Origin: Takakia lepidozioides
Taxonomy: Eukaryota; Plantae; Bryophyta
Reading direction: 5' to 3'
DNA length: 64,000 bases
Assembly (NCBI GenBank): GCA_030704615.1
Contig: CM060731.1
Span: 37,076,001-37,140,000 of the forward strand
This document shows, piece by piece, positions 26,201-44,300 of the stretch. Positions within the stretch are counted from its first letter, which is position 1, and every line of letters begins with the position of its first letter. Made by a program: the position numbers and the translations under genes. The notes beneath the pieces are model-generated. The model saw nothing but the letters and a program-made list of their open reading frames with translations. It ran no database searches and was not told the origin of the DNA.

Positions 26201-29200
26201 TGTTTTGCCTACTGAAGACTTGTCAGCTTGCAAGAATGACTTGTAAGCTCCTATTGTCAATTTGATTTTGGGTCCATTGGGCTGTGCTGAACAGTTCTGT
26301 TGCCAGCTGTATAGGAAACTGATTTGGACTCAGAAAAATGCTATCTGATTTTCATGTGCATTAGCAGACGCTGCAGAAACTGACGTCAAACTCAGAGGTA
26401 GAACGTGAGCACCCGTTGGCTTTACTAGCAGAAGAAGTTCAAGGGCTAGCTAAGAAGGATGCAACCATGTTTGCACCCATTCTCTCACGATGGCATCCCC
26501 AGGCTATCGCCATCACTGCAACTCTTCTACATACTCTCTACCAAAAAGAGCTGGTAACAACTAATACAAAGTATTTCCTCCCATGTAGTTTTCTTGTTCC
26601 ATTTGTCCCATGGCAGTTTTTTCTTTTCTTTGCACTGCTTGTGGAGGGCCACTCTCTCTTTCTTGTCTCATGCTTTCTCTTATCCCATAAGCTCTTTAAG
26701 CTTTGCACGGACATTATAAAGTATCATTTCATTTCATTTCTCTGGCCTACTGTGGACATAGCTTCCTTTTGTCCTCTCTCCTGCCACCTGGTGCTGTGCC
26801 CTGCTTACTCTCTCTCCGGCCCTTCCCCGATTTGTTGTACAGTGGTCATCCTCTTATATTGTTCTTCAGTAGCTCATCCAGAAGCACTTTTGCGAAATTC
26901 GAGCTCATCTAACTTGTTTTGTTGGCTTGTGTTCTTCTGGTGGGTAGAAACCTTTTTTGGATGGAGTGTCACATCTTACAGACGACGTTACCTCAGTTTT
27001 GCCAGCAGCTGACAGCTTAGAGCAGTTTTTGAATGAGCTTGTAACGTCGGTCACTGATGAGGAGGAAGGCAGGCGTGTGTTTGAGCAGCAAATGGTACCT
27101 TACCAGGTGAGGAGCGTCATATATGAAATAGTTTGACAAGCATAATGTCAACTGATCTCTCTTCCATCATTAGACCTTAGCTATTCTAGGATCTACCGCT
27201 CATTCATGGAGGGGGGCCAGGTTGAAGTGGTGTCAGGAACGCTCATAATGAGATGGGTCAACATGCAATTGTCGCGAGTGTCAGAATGGGTGGAGCGCTC
27301 AGTTCAACAAGAAGTAGGCACCTGCTCTTTTGACATTGATCTTGATCAAATAGTCATCCTTCTTGTGGTTCACATCAGGCTTCGTTCCCTGTATTCTGCA
27401 ATAACTATGACCAGTAGATTTTGGCTTGTGAATATTTTTACTACATACATCTTATTGGGGTGTGTTGTGGACATGTAGAAATGGGAGCCTATTTCAACAC
27501 TGCAACGATATGGGGAGTCGATTGTGGAGGTTTTCAGAATCATTGAGGAGGTACATGCCCATCTTGAGATCATAATAAGAGACTGCAAACAGACGGGCTG
27601 CCAAGTATGAAGATGCTATGTAGAAATAGTGCACGAGGCTTTTCAGGGGGTGCAAGGAACTCCTTCAACTGTGAGCATCCTATATGTGGATCCTTTCAGG
27701 AAGAACCACATTAGTGAGGAAGGGGGGGATGGGGGCTGCTCGAAAGAGCCCACTTTTAACCCTCTTTGCATCCTATCTTCACTTGGGTGTAAATTGTGCT
27801 GCCTTCAGTGAAGCACAGATGACTGCTTTCCTTTACTGACTTTTTTGGGATGGTTGGCCAGACAATAGATCAGTTTTTCAACTTAAAGCTTCCAATGAGG
27901 CTGCCACTGCTCAAGGGCCTCACCAACGGCTTTGATAATTCACTGCAGCTGTATTCCAATAAAGTTGTGGCTGAATTAGGTGAGCTTGTCTTTGTTCAAT
28001 AATGTTTACCGGCAATCTCTTAGATTATGATTGAATACTTAGATAGCTGGACATAATAACAGCAGGGAACTTAATTTGGTTCATTGTGTGTGCACAGGGG
28101 ATAAAGGAGATCTCATGACACCTCCTCCCGGCTTGACCCGCTACAAGAAAGAGGTGGCTTTGAAGGCACTAAACAAGAAGAAAGTTGTTGACCCTCGCCT
28201 TCCTGATGATAGACGCTCTAGTGAGATCAACCTTCTCACTACTGCAAAGCTGTGTGTTCGCCTCAATACACTCCATGTGAGTAAAACAAAATTTCTCTGT
28301 GGATGTTAGCCATTGAACACTCTATGTGTGAAGTAATTGTGGAATTGTGTCTGTTGCTGACTGGTGAAATTACTCATGACCTGACTTCAATCCCCTTGTG
28401 GGTGCAGTTCCCACTGCTGTCCGCCAGTTAGTGTAGGTGCATGGAGTGGTTCTCCAACCAGAGGGTTTTGATTCCAAAAACAGGTTCTACAATGGGAATG
28501 GCATAGCTTATCATCAATTGCAACTTTGTCTTTCTCAGTTTGGTAGGCCCTGCGTAACGATGGAATATGTAATCGCCAAGAGCATTCATTCATTCAAGGT
28601 AGCACAAAGCATTGAAGAGAAAGAAAAAGAATGTTAATAACATGGTTGGTAAGCCTGTGTGAGGAGAGGAAATGAAATGAAATGGTACTTTATAACGTCC
28701 GCGGAAAGCTCATAGAAATGAAATGAAATGGTGCTTCATAACGTCCGCTGAAAGCTCATAGAGCTTATGGGACAAAATGGAAGAAAACATGAGAGAGGAA
28801 ACAAAACCAGAACCCAAGAATAAGAACTAATGTTCTAGCGATTGTCTAAGGGTGAAGGCCTCGTGCAGGTAGGCTGCCAAGCATTAAGCTCATAGAGAAA
28901 GAAAATCGTGGTGTGTGAGGGAGAGGGAGAGAGAGAGAGAGGTGTGTATTAGTTTGGGGTGGTGTTGTAGCCTCAAGCAGGTAGAACCTTCCAGTTGGTC
29001 TTGTCAAGGAAATGAAGGCAGCATGTGATGGATGTGGTGTATGTTGCAGTATCTTGTGAGCCATGTGGATCTGCTGGAAGACAATATTCGAGAACGTTGG
29101 GCTGTCAAACGGCCACAAGATGATCTCACCCATGCTAATGGGTCTATTTCAAGTAAGTTGCCTAGCAACGTCAATGTGCCCAACTTGTGACTATTCATTT

Positions 29201-32009
29201 TCAATTAGGCTGAGGGGCATATGCTTGCAGCTATATGTGAAAGGTGACTTCAAGAAAGATAGATAATAAGATGAGAAAGGGCGGGTGGGTATAGAAAATG
29301 GGAGTGTTGAACTTTGTAGGGGTGCAGGACGTGGCTCAAACGATGGAGACTTCAGAGTTAAACGGATGCCTGGAACTCGACCGATGGATGAGCTGTCACT
29401 TGCATTTGAGGGCTCAAGAAAGTCTGTGAATACAGCAATCGACGTAATTTGTGAATTTACAGGTATGAGTTTGACACCTCCCAACATGGAGTTGCAATAG
29501 ACTATGAACAGCTTCCATGTATGCCCTTAGTAATGTTCTGCTTTCTGGAGTTAAGCCAAACCTCGCTGATCTCTCCACGGGCGTAAGAGAGTCTGAGAGT
29601 TACTGCAGTGTGACCTCAGACAGTATATCCTATTTAAGGTGAAAACTCATGCTGAAGAACAAGAATGCAAATAAATATATGGTATTGGCTTCTAATCAAT
29701 TCACGCTGCCACATATGACAAAGTTTGAATATGCACCTATAAGTTATCTGATCTTGGCTACTGCTATGGGTGAGGGTTGCTTTGGTGGTATTTACATTGA
29801 GCTTAAGTTGTCCTTACTGGACGGGGCAGGCACCAAAGTGATATTCTGGGACATGAGAGACACCTTCATTGATGGCCTGTATAAGGTCAGCGTGGCTCAA
29901 GCACGTATGGAGAAAGTTGTTGGCGGCCTTGACCCGGTGAGAACTCAATTTATTCTTTCTGTTACAGCTCAAACATGTGGATTTCTCAGTTCTAGAGGGG
30001 CTGCAACGAGGGAGTCTCCCTGGTGTCCAGATGGTCATTCATCTTTTTTATTGTGGAAATTATAATACGCACAACTTCCCATACTTTTTACATTGTACTT
30101 GGTGACAGGTCCTAGGGCAACTCTGTGAAGTGATCGTGGAGCCTTTGCGAGACCGTGTTGTCCTTGGACTCCTGCAAGCTGCCTTGGTATGTATGCCACT
30201 CTTTATTATCCTTTCTGCAACCCAACCTTTTACATGAAACCAGTTTTGGCCGAAAATCAGAAAGACAGGAAAAATGAAAAAAAGTTCTAGGTCTTTGGCA
30301 GCAGAACAACACAAACAAAGGAATGAAATGAAATGAAATGGTACTTTATAACATCTGCGGAAAGCTCAGAGCTTATGAGACAAAATGGAAAAAACAAGAG
30401 AGGGGAAACAAAGCCAGAGCCAAAAAACAGCCCAAAAGCAACTACTGCTCCACGGGAACCTCAAACAGGTTATGGGATAAAAGAAGGCAGGACATGAAAT
30501 GAAATGACATGAAATGGTACTTTATAACATCTGCGGAAAGCTCAAAAGAAAGTGGGGCCCTTAACAACCAGCCCAACAACAACTAGTCAGGCATCAAGAG
30601 ATTCTCTAAGATGGAAAGCCTCATACAGGTATGCTGCCAAGAGGGAAAAGAAAAAGAATGAGCCATTGTATGCTGCCTGGAGAAATGAAATGGTACTTCA
30701 CTCCGCCGAAGGTCAAAGAGCTTATGGGACTAGAGAGCAAGAAACACAAAAAGAGAGAGGGGCTCCTCTACAAGCAGCCCAAACATAACTATTTCCCAAG
30801 GTATTGTCCAAGAGTCAAGACAAAAAGACAAAAGGTTCATAACATATTGCAGGCCCAAGGGCCATGGACAAAATAGAACAACAAGAATGAGAGCAAAAGA
30901 GAGTTGAGTGTGAGAAGAGTCATAAATGGATGTAACATGTGAAGGTTTTCACAAGTCCATGCTTGTTCTCTACCTTTTGTTAGCACAGAGAAACTTATGG
31001 GTTAGCTGTTTCTAGGATGGGCTGTTGCGTGTTCTACTAGATGGAGGGCCAACACGAGCCTTTGCACAGAGTGACTCCCAGATGCTCCAGGAAGATGTGA
31101 ATGTGCTCAAGGTTTCTCTCTTCTCTCTCACACAGAAGAGATAGGGTTCAATGCTATGGTGAAGGGTGTAAGGTATTTCAGACAAGCAGCAGCCTCCAGA
31201 AAATAAACTGAAGTTTGTTCTGAAGTTTTTTGTGTTTGGGATGTGCATTTATGTTGTTTTATAGAGATATGTGTACCCTTTTAGACGTTCCACACTTAAA
31301 CGGTTCAACATTGTACCTTCGCTTTATTCACAGCAAGCTTGGTCTACCTAGTATCTGATGCTCAAAGACTTTTTATTTGTGATATTTATCTTTTCAGGAC
31401 TTCTTCATAGCAGAAGGAGATGGGCTGCCAAGAGGAGTAGTGGAAAATGCTGCTGCCCCAGTTCAACAAATATTGAATCTATACAGCCTCGATGTGCGTG
31501 TCTCTATTCCACTATCCTTCTTTTAAGGCAAGGAAAGGATAAACACTCCAGAACAGCAAACATACAAGGGAGTGTTTGAGCAAACACCTCCCAGATGTGT
31601 TGAATACATGAAGGAATAAAATCACCACAAGATGTTTTCTTCAATTGCTGTGAGTAGGATTAGCAATATAACTATGGGGCTTCAGAGACCCAGCAGGCCT
31701 TTCTGCTTAGCTCTCATGTGTCATTTTGACTAGTTTCCACAGGATTGAAAAGTTGTCCTATGCTGCAACCAAACTGATCTCATGGTAGCACTGACAATGA
31801 CGCTAACTGTGCAATGGCATTGGCAGACACACGTAGTTATTGATAATTTCAAGCGAGCAAGCGAGCAGATGGTGGCGGGTGGAAACATGCAGAGACAAGG
31901 ATCTTCTCGCATTGCCACGGATGCTGACACTCTCCTCCGTGTTCTCTGCCACCGAGTGGACCAAGTTGCCTCAAAATTTCTGAAAAAACAGTACAAGCTA
32001 CCTGCTTAA
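17290..32009 (+). CDS. PATROL1: PATROL1 / unc-13 homolog (DUF810 + MUN domains). Exons: 17290-17330 (tentative start), 17394-17569, 17854-17918, 19159-19435, 20027-20093, 20480-20633, 22375-22542, 22900-23010, 23543-23752, 23913-24014, 24685-24915, 25678-25758, 26012-26104, 26368-26553, 26948-27106, 27221-27313, 27479-27550, 27862-27979, 28098-28276, 29050-29152, 29320-29462, 29830-29936, 30109-30186, 31016-31111, 31398-31493, 31827-32009
   Basis: Signature peptides ELLQRYRRDRRELLNF..KKVVMPPGAVSYDDIDLDQVSVDY, GLSDDDLRETSYEVL, EVCHWADGYHLNVRLYEKLL, KLCVRLNTLH, RVLLDGGPTRAF and DADTLLRVLCHR..ASKFLKKQYKLP. The first coding exon is uncertain. Confidence 0.93.
20795..21345 (-). mobile_element. 5'-truncated non-LTR retrotransposon (RTEX-like), ORF2 C-terminus and 3' tail
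   Basis: Peptide FRVGSRNLRIETGRW..REDRLCPEC..EIETEEHFFFYCPPY (CCHC), followed by 3' UTR GAGCTTTCCGCGGACGTTATAA and an (ATTTC)n tail. Confidence 0.8.
21870..22293 (-). mobile_element. 5'-truncated RTEX-like LINE copy with a 16-bp TSD
   Basis: HNLRIETGRW..RLCPAC peptide and (ATTTC)n tail; flanking direct repeat GAAAGAAACAAGGAAA at 21854-21869 and 22294-22309. Confidence 0.85.
28668..28885 (-). mobile_element. Stacked short 3' tails of the same RTEX-like LINE
   Basis: Two consecutive GAAATGAAATGG..ATAACGTCCGC.GAAAGCTCATAG units; the second extends into sequence nearly identical to 21900-22036. Confidence 0.75.
30321..30790 (-). mobile_element. Cluster of three short RTEX-like LINE 3' tails
   Basis: (GAAAT)n GGTACTTTATAACATCTGCGGAAAGCTC at ~30321 and ~30495, with a degenerate copy at ~30682. 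Confidence 0.7.
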
Positions 32010-33195
32010 GACTGCTGGGGAACTTGAGCGTTTCTCTTGATTGAACTGGAAGTCCCTTTCAAAGAATAGCCTTATACTTGTTTTGGTAGTTCTGAAGTTC
32101 CTCTGTGAGATCTCTGGTCAACAGTGGCAACACATTCTTCCATTAGTTGCTGAATTTTTCTCGAGGTTTAAGAGCCTGTTCCTGCGCTGCACTTCGCACA
32201 TGTTATTGTGTAACAGAAAGTCTGACATGACTGAATATATACTTACCATCAGCTGCTACCCTGAGCCTTACGGTAGTCTTACAGTACATTATAAATGATG
32301 TCCGATGCACAGAAGTGGTTGGTCAGCTTCAAGATCCTACAGAAGACACCTCTTCAGTTGCAGCTATACAATTATGCCCTTGCTTTATATATGCACAATG
32401 TTGACTAGGTCAGCTGGAATTTCATGTTTCAACTGTATACATATTGACTACCAGGAAAACTGCCTGATTCTCAGTACAAAATTCTTTTTCAGTATTCCTG
32501 GTGGAGTGGGGAACCCCATCAGCAGTATATGGTGCTTTAACCATCCAAAATCAGCTCTATGGCTTTCATTTTTTCCCTCTTGTCTTCAAATACTCTTTTC
32601 TTGTACTATTAGTGCCTATACTTGGCACATTGGTTTTGGGTCTTGCATACTTTTCCCACCCAAAACCTTGCTTGGGCAATTGACATGCCCAGGAGCTCTG
32701 AGATGTCCTTGGCATTTCCTGTCAACTGTCTAAGCATGTATTCACTTGAGAATTATCCTCTGCAAGGAATTGTAGCATTCAAACATTTTAGCATGATTCT
32801 TGGATCCCTCCTGAATCCCACAAACTCCTAGGACATATGGCCCGACTTCGCACCCAGAGACTCCAACAGATATAAAAAATTGTGATTACTCAAAAACATG
32901 TTAGCATTCAACATTTTGGTGGGAAACATCATACAGTTACACAATAAAAGAGTTCTCTTAACATTAGACAGGTACCATACTCGTAGAATGACATCATGTG
33001 AGGACATGGCATGAAATAACAAGCAAACTTGACAACAATGAAAAGATATTCAAAGATATTTTGAATGTTATGCATTCAAACCAGGTTTGGTATAGTGCAG
33101 TGTAGTTCCAGCTAAGAAAAGACAACTGTTCTGCAATTGAACGCAGCACGTGCCAATATGCCAAAATATTTCATGCCAGTTCAAGAGGCTGAGCT

Positions 33196-37040
<3,845 letters not shown>

Positions 37041-37971
37041 CAGGCTCGCTTCCCCCCCACCCCTTCCACCCCCGATTGCTGCTAACAACTAATCCAAAAA
37101 CCCTCAAACGCCACTTTCGTTTCCAACAAATTCCCCTTCCAACTCACACCCACACACACTCTCACCCTCCCTCCCTCCCTCCCTCCCTTCTCTCTCTCTC
37201 TCTCTCTCTCACTGAGTGTTTTTCTCCCTTTTCTTCCCCCTCTTTGTTTCTTTTTCTTTCTCTTTTTTCTTTTTTCTTTGTTTTCAGTTGAAATAATTCC
37301 GTGAAAAAAACAGAGAATGCATCAGAAATATTATTCATATGTTTTTTTTTAAATGATTGTTGAGAAAAAGACATCCAAAATTGGCAAATTTGATAGGCCT
37401 GGGAAGATTTAAACAGTCATATAGAAACTGTTTAGAGGTCCATGTGTTAATGTTTGTTGTGCAATGTGCAGTGATGAGTCCCCAGACAATTGAGTTCACT
37501 AGTGAACCCCCCACTTGTTTGAGAGTGATTTCATTTCAGTGATGTTTCCGGATGTGTCCAGCTAAGGATCAAATGCAAGCAGAGTAGTTTGGAAGTTTCC
37601 AGGAGAGACTCGCACACGTGATGATTCTGGATGGGTCAATCTTGCTTGCTGCCTGAAGATTTTGTGGATAGTATTAGTGCTAACAGTACAAACCACTCGG
37701 CAGTTGGGATACCCATCCAACACTAGCACAGTATGAGCATTGCTTGATTGACATGACTCTATATTAGGTAATGTAGAATTGAATATAAGACGAGGTAGCA
37801 CCTCCTCCCCAATTCAATACTAGATACACAAGTAATCAGTAGTTGTCTGCTGCTTTTTATTAACAGTTGGTTCTTCTGGAACTGTCCATAATTTACATAA
37901 TAGGGATGCATATAACCTCGAAGGAATGTGTCCAACACACTGTTACAAGGACCAAAAATAAAACCTTTATT

Positions 37972-39777
37972 TCACATAAAGCTCCATCGCTTCCGTCCCT
38001 TTTTCTTTGTTGGCTTTTGTTGTAGCTCTGACGAAGAATCTGAGTCTTCGAAATCCTTAGGCTCCAGTTCATCATCGCTCTCACTCTCAGACGCCTCAAG
38101 GCGTACAGCATCCTTAGCCCATTCCACCACCTAAGAACCAGTTCACAGAAAGTAAAACTGATTGATATGCACTTCCACATTACAAGTACCAGACAAGTCT
38201 GAAGAAGGCAAAAACAAAGGACCATCACTATGCTACTATTTGACATGCAACAGAGGAACTTGTAATCACAGAGCACAGATCTTCGAACAGTTCTGAGAAA
38301 GAAAAATAGCATGTTTCACCTGTGCCGCATCCACCTCCCCACAGTTGCAGACACAAGTGTCTTGCAATTTCACTGTCTTGAGGTCCTCTAACCACATTTC
38401 AGCTGGTAACTTTGCAAATACTTTGTGCAGGTCAAAACATATCAAAAGGTTAGGTTCCTATAGATTAGACAGATGCCTAAACTGCCTGACACTCCCTAAC
38501 GGGATTCTCACCTTCTCTGCCTCGAGGGTCAATGCGTCCTCATTCTCCATTGCTTTGATGAGTTCGTCTTCCCTGTCTTTCACACAGAAAGTTCTCCGAT
38601 CTCCTGCCAACTGAATATCCTCCACCGAACCCCTCTCTCTTTCTGGCTGGCTGTCACCAGAAACAGCTGCAAGCAACCTCTGTACATCTGCAACCATCAT
38701 GGATGGATCAACCTGCTCATCATCTAATTCCCCTTTCTTTGACTTCCTGGACAAGCTTTTCCTGAGAGCCTTCTTTGGTTCTCTTCCCTCAGACGGCGAA
38801 CTTTTAGTAGGAGAACTAGAAGCTGATCCACCATGGTCTGGCTTGATCATGTTCAGTTGCTTCAGAAGTTTGAAAGGAGACGTGGGGGCACAAGACCAGG
38901 ATGATCCAACAGAAGATGAAGAAATAGCTACTGAGGAAGAGGAAGGAGGAGGCAATGGTGAGGGTTTTGTTGACCGTGTCCTCAAAGCGTGCAGTTGTTG
39001 TGTCAGAGAAGCTGAACTGGTAGCAGGGTTAGTTAATTCCCCGGAGCCCAAAACTGGTAGCACTGCAGATCCCTGCATACAAGGCATTTTCACATGACAG
39101 ATGACATCAACTTTCAGCAGGGGAAAAACCCCAAGGAAGATAGAGAACAAGACTCCATAGCATTTTCCATCCCACTATAAGACGACTTTATGCTCTAATA
39201 CCCACACAAGCAACCTCCCCAAAGATAAGGAAACCAGTACCTCAACTCTTTACTTTTCCAATCTTTTCTTCCCTGAATTCTTGATGATATTATGTAATTT
39301 CAACCTCACCTGGAGAGACATGGAAGGCCCCTTCAGCACCCGTAACCGAGCAGCCAATTGTGCATCCAGGCCGTCTGTTTCAGCAATATCTTGAACCCCT
39401 TCTTCCAGGAAAGACGATGATTTGTTTGGGCTCTTGCTCATCACTGCTCTTTTTTTGTCACTCCGTCTTCTCTCACTGGATGAGGAACCACTCTTTTGTA
39501 CATCAGCTGTTTTCATACACTCAGAAGCCTTTCCCTTCCCACTGATCTTTGGGCGATGGGCCTTCAAGCTTGCGAGTCGAACAGCCAGGTCATTTTCAAG
39601 GCCTTCATTGCCAGCCTCAAAGGATAAGGATTGATCCTCTGTGAAAGAGGATCTGATACCATGAGTGGATGTGTGAGTGCCAAGAGATAGTGTCAACAAG
39701 CTCTCCTCGCTAAGTTGAGCAAGCAACTCTTCAACTTCAGCATCATCATGTGTCTGTCGTAGATAAGCTTTATCCAT
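37972..39777 (-). CDS. Uncharacterised plant protein, exons 39777-39310, 39072-38512, 38130-37972 (395 aa)
   Basis: Three in-phase GT-AG exons. Motifs EVEELL..LLTLSLGTH, repeated DLxxRLxxLK and EAEKVVEWAKDAVRLE resemble a conserved plant family of unknown function (recalled, not verified). Confidence 0.75.
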
Positions 39778-41316
39778 TTGCTTCCTTTGTTGTTCAGACG
39801 ATGGTGAGAGGGAGCCTTTCGTTCAGGTCTTGGCAAACACTCGAGAAAGAGAAACAGAGAAGTGTCTACCTAAGTACCATACCAAGATGTTTAGGATAAC
39901 ATTCCACATCAAGCATTGTGCACCCCTGTTCTACCATGGGAGTATCACAAACAGGTTATTTCCACGCCCCTGCAAGCCATTTTCTCCCCTTTCAGTTTTA
40001 CCCCTCATTTTGAGCACCAGAGAACAATTGATGGAGATGTCACCTGCAATCATCACATTCTAAGCTCCAGTTAGTTATCCCGGTAGAAATACTGTTTCTA
40101 GATTCACAAACAACACTTGCAATATATGATCTGTTAGGTGCAAAATGAGGACCGATTCCACAGCCTTAATGTAATTTCACTCATGTCACGGCCACAGGAA
40201 CGTTCAAGATTCTCAAATTAATCTCTAAGAAGGCTATGTAAGTCTTCAATTTTATAAGCTCTATGTTCCCTCTTAGAAACAAAAACCGGAAGTTTATAGA
40301 GGATTGAACGATAAAGGACATGTGTGAAACCATCTGACAGCTCTGGGGGTTGAATCCCCTTCAACCAGACAAAGAATGTCCACCTTTGGTTCTGGAGGTT
40401 TTGCCAGTACACCGTATACTCTATACATGGAAGGGGTAGCACGTTATCAACAGAGATGATACGCCAACATTCGAAGATTAAAACTTGTGGCCGTACTGGT
40501 GCAATGAGAGAAAATTGAAAACTTTCAACCAGCTTTGTACTCTACGAAGACATGGATTTCAGTTGTATGATAGCAGGCATCCTTGATTGGGTTCATCAAA
40601 ACTGATAAAACATGTGAGGATAAGCTTTGAAGGAATTAGCACGAGGATCACAATCAGGCGGTGCAATGGTAGTCCAAATCGCCACATCCTCACAATCAGC
40701 ACAACACTTACAGACGTTTAGACAATAACCGACATACTTACTGATTCTCGGTGAAGCTTCGTTTCAACAGTGAGCTTTTGATCAGCTACAATTCTCACCA
40801 ATTGGCACAGGTTTGATAAAGGAGAGCAATACTTTACTGAACTGAACATCCTCGAAAGTTATTTCAAGAATGAATTTTGATCAAGGCGAATCGTCTCCCA
40901 ACTGCACTTACGCGGACGATCCTGGACGGAATTTGACGATGTAATGAATCCAAAACAACAGGACAGCTACTTTTGATCAAGTGGAATTCTCACCAACTCT
41001 GACGAGCCTGGACAGGATTGATGATGGACTGAATCAAGAAAAGAAGAAGAGAGAGATACCTAGCTGGAGAAGGCGAGTTTGATTGAGCCAGTTGTCTGAT
41101 GCACGTGGCGTAGCGATTGATACTTGTAGCATCCCCCCGCCTTCTTGAACAGTGGACTTGCAAGAAAAGCAGCGCCAGCGGACGAACGGCTCAATATCAA
41201 GTAGAGATGAAGGTTGCATGAATGCAGGACATTCATCTTCATCCACGAATATTGCCCCTCAAATTCTGGATGATAAATTTTGAAATCTCAAGATGGATGG
41301 AACTATAAATGGCGGG

Positions 41317-41349
41317 AAACCCTAGCCACGAGAGCTTCGTCTAGGGTTT
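41317..41349. promoter_or_regulatory. Pair of inverted telo-boxes, probable promoter region
   Basis: AAACCCTAG at 41317-41325 and CTAGGGTTT at 41341-41349 in a CpG-containing stretch upstream of the minus-strand gene; a probable 5' UTR donor lies at ~41059. Confidence 0.4.
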
Positions 41350-44300
41350 GCGCTCGATAGCGATAGAGGAGAGGATTCACAAGGGAGGAGGGGAATGAGA
41401 ATGCCAGTTAGTCTTTCTTTCGGATATGTCGGTGGAGCCGAGGGCTGAGGATGGCTCCAATCGTGTCGTGGATCTTTTGGCATGAAAGGGGCCTGTACTC
41501 CTGGAGGCGTAAACCAGAGGTTCTTTACTACGTTATGTCATGTTTGCTGAATATTTGCTTTTTCCTGCTTGTCTAGTAGGTTTTGTTCTGATAGAAGGAG
41601 ACTATGCTTTTGAAGATGAGTATCAGGTGCCCAGCGCTTCTGCACCCGATGTTGAAGTTTGGACAGATGCCATAGACCGTCCAGTAAAGCTGCAGAGTAG
41701 CACCACTTGTTCTGGACAAGAAGGCTCTCCTGGCCTGTCTTTTCGGATCTACCGTTCTGAACACAACATTTATTAGTAGCGATTTCAGCAAGTCCGGTGT
41801 TGCCGCTGGGATTTCATTGTGTTAGGTCTTACTTTCAAGACAGGCATGCCAGATTTTGAGGATTTGACTTCTAGTTTACAGGACACTGACTTTGTATCTC
41901 TCTACTATCTTTTGTTGTTGTCTGCCACAGTCACATGTACCCATTTTGGTGGTAACAGAGCACTAGGATGTTTTTCGTTGATAATGTCAACTGTCAAACT
42001 TTGCAGTGGACTATTCTTACTTGTGCCTGGCTCATCGACATTTTGACTGGTTTCCAATGCCCGGAAAGGTGGCGGTAGATTTGTTACCTAGTAGAGGTTG
42101 TGCGGTTAATAGTTATCATAAAGCCAATGGTCCCTGGGGAGCGTCGATGGGAACACACAAATTGTCAGATCGGCCCATAGTTGTGTCGGATGAAGTGCTC
42201 CGAGCTTATTATGAGGCTTCAACCCTGAAAGAGTCTGGCATACTCTGCAAATGTCTCACCTATATTTTGGCTTTTGGATATTTGCCTGCAACCCTAATAG
42301 GAGGAACATGTGAAAAACTCTTAGACCCTCTCTGTGTTGCCTCCCCATGCTCACTCACCAGGCTGTTGTCTCTTCCTGGGGTGATACTAGTGGAAAAATA
42401 GAGTTCTCCTCCAGTCTTACATAGATATAATAGTGGGAAGATGTTATCATTTGTAATGCTCTGTAGCTTGTAGCCATTAGTCCGTCTGAGCTTACGGCTG
42501 TCATCCATGACATCGTGGCCAGTAACCAGTTTTATGCTAGAACATCTGCACAACCCCCACGGTTATTAACTGGTCTTCAAAGACCAAAGGGTGGGGATTC
42601 GAAATGAAAACCCCGGTGAGAATGCCCTGTCTAGCCAAATTCAGCCACTTGTAGATGTCAAAGTTTTGTCTAGTGTTGAAAGCTTTCTTTAAGTATGCAA
42701 CATGCATGACCTCTTCCATCATCTGTCTAGGTCTGGGGTCCTATCCATAATTTGATTGCCTTTTCAACCTGTGTATGGTTGGAAGGTGGGGGAGGCTTAA
42801 TGATGTCATCTAGCCAAATCTGAGCCTTGTCTTGCTGTCTCATTTTTTTTTGAAGTCTCTGAGAGGGCTTCTTCAGGCTTTTGGTGGGGCCTTCTGAGAC
42901 AGATGCTGATGCCATGGTTTAACCCCAGGGTTTTCTGTCCAGCAGGTTGATTCTTCAGTTTTTTGACACCTTACCAAGTCTGGGAGGGCCCTTGTACAGA
43001 CTTTTGGGAGAAAGAGTAGCTTGCCAAAAGGCATGAAGACAATGCAACCGAGAAAGCCTTTCAGGCCTGAAACTCTCCCTCTGCTTTCTACCATGCTCAC
43101 TCTCCAGCTTGTTGTACTAGTGGACAAATTTTGTCCACATTGTTTTTGCTCGACAAGCTTGTAGCCGTTAGTCCACCTGAGAATGTGGTTATGAAACCCA
43201 TGTAGGAATGTTGTCATCCATAGCATAGTGCTGTTGGCATGTTTTGTGATAGAACAACTCCATAGCTCTGGATGTCTGACAGATTCCAGTGTTGAAAGTG
43301 TTCTCGCTGGCTATATTCTGAAAATTGAGCATAGTATTTACCTACATATGATCTCACCCAACATAGTGGACCCATTTATAAGGATAATTTCTGGTGAGGT
43401 GCTTTGAAGCTGGAAGTAATACTGAAAGAAGTAACTTGGAAGAAAACTATGGGAAGTATGCCTGTGCGGCTTCTTGAATGGTTGAAAGTATGGTTTTGTG
43501 CTTACTTGATGCTGAAATGTTCCTTTGATACAACTATAAGGATATGAGAGGTGCTCTTTCATTCTTGTGACTGCTATGTATGGCCCTTGGATGCACTCAT
43601 GAAGGACAATAGAAGGTGGCCATGTCAGCCATTCCTGTATCCTTTAGATTAGAACGATGTCTCCAGTCTTACTTACAATATAGCAGAATGTTACGTGTGG
43701 GATAATTGTTGACAGTGGCAATGTCAGAATCTAAGGGTACAGAAGCTAGAGAAGAAAGAGGAGTAATGTCGCCTTGGCAAGGATTGGAATGAGGAAGGGC
43801 AGTAGAAAGTGCCGCCGAAGTCCGGCAGGCGCCTTCAGTAACTGACTAATTCAACACTTGATATGAGCCAAGGACGATTTTGATTCACAAACAAAGGAAC
43901 AAGCATATGGTAGGTTGTACTTAGCTCCATCCTCCAATGATGGAGACTACATTGTGGGTACAGGGTGTAGGCATCTATATTTGGATTTTTAATTTTGGCA
44001 GCCCTGGCCAAAGCCATGTGTGGGCGGTAGATAGGGTCCACCTCTGTTCAAGAAGCAATAGGTACCATGGGTGATGGAAGGACTGATGTAGCCCAGGATT
44101 GGTTAACCTTGCACTCCATCTCAACCCTGCATTTGTGTGGTCAAGATTCTGATAATGCACCCTAAGCAGGGTGCTGGTTCATTCATCTCCATCTTGGTTT
44201 CCTCATTTATAAAATTGGCCTTACCTCTACTATCAATCAACTTTATGTTTTAGATTGTATCAGGCATGTTTTCATTTGGACTATTCACTTGGCAGTATCA

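Noticed and set aside
38699-39097. 132-aa + strand ORF
   Set aside because: Antisense shadow of the Ser/Pro-rich exon of the minus-strand gene.
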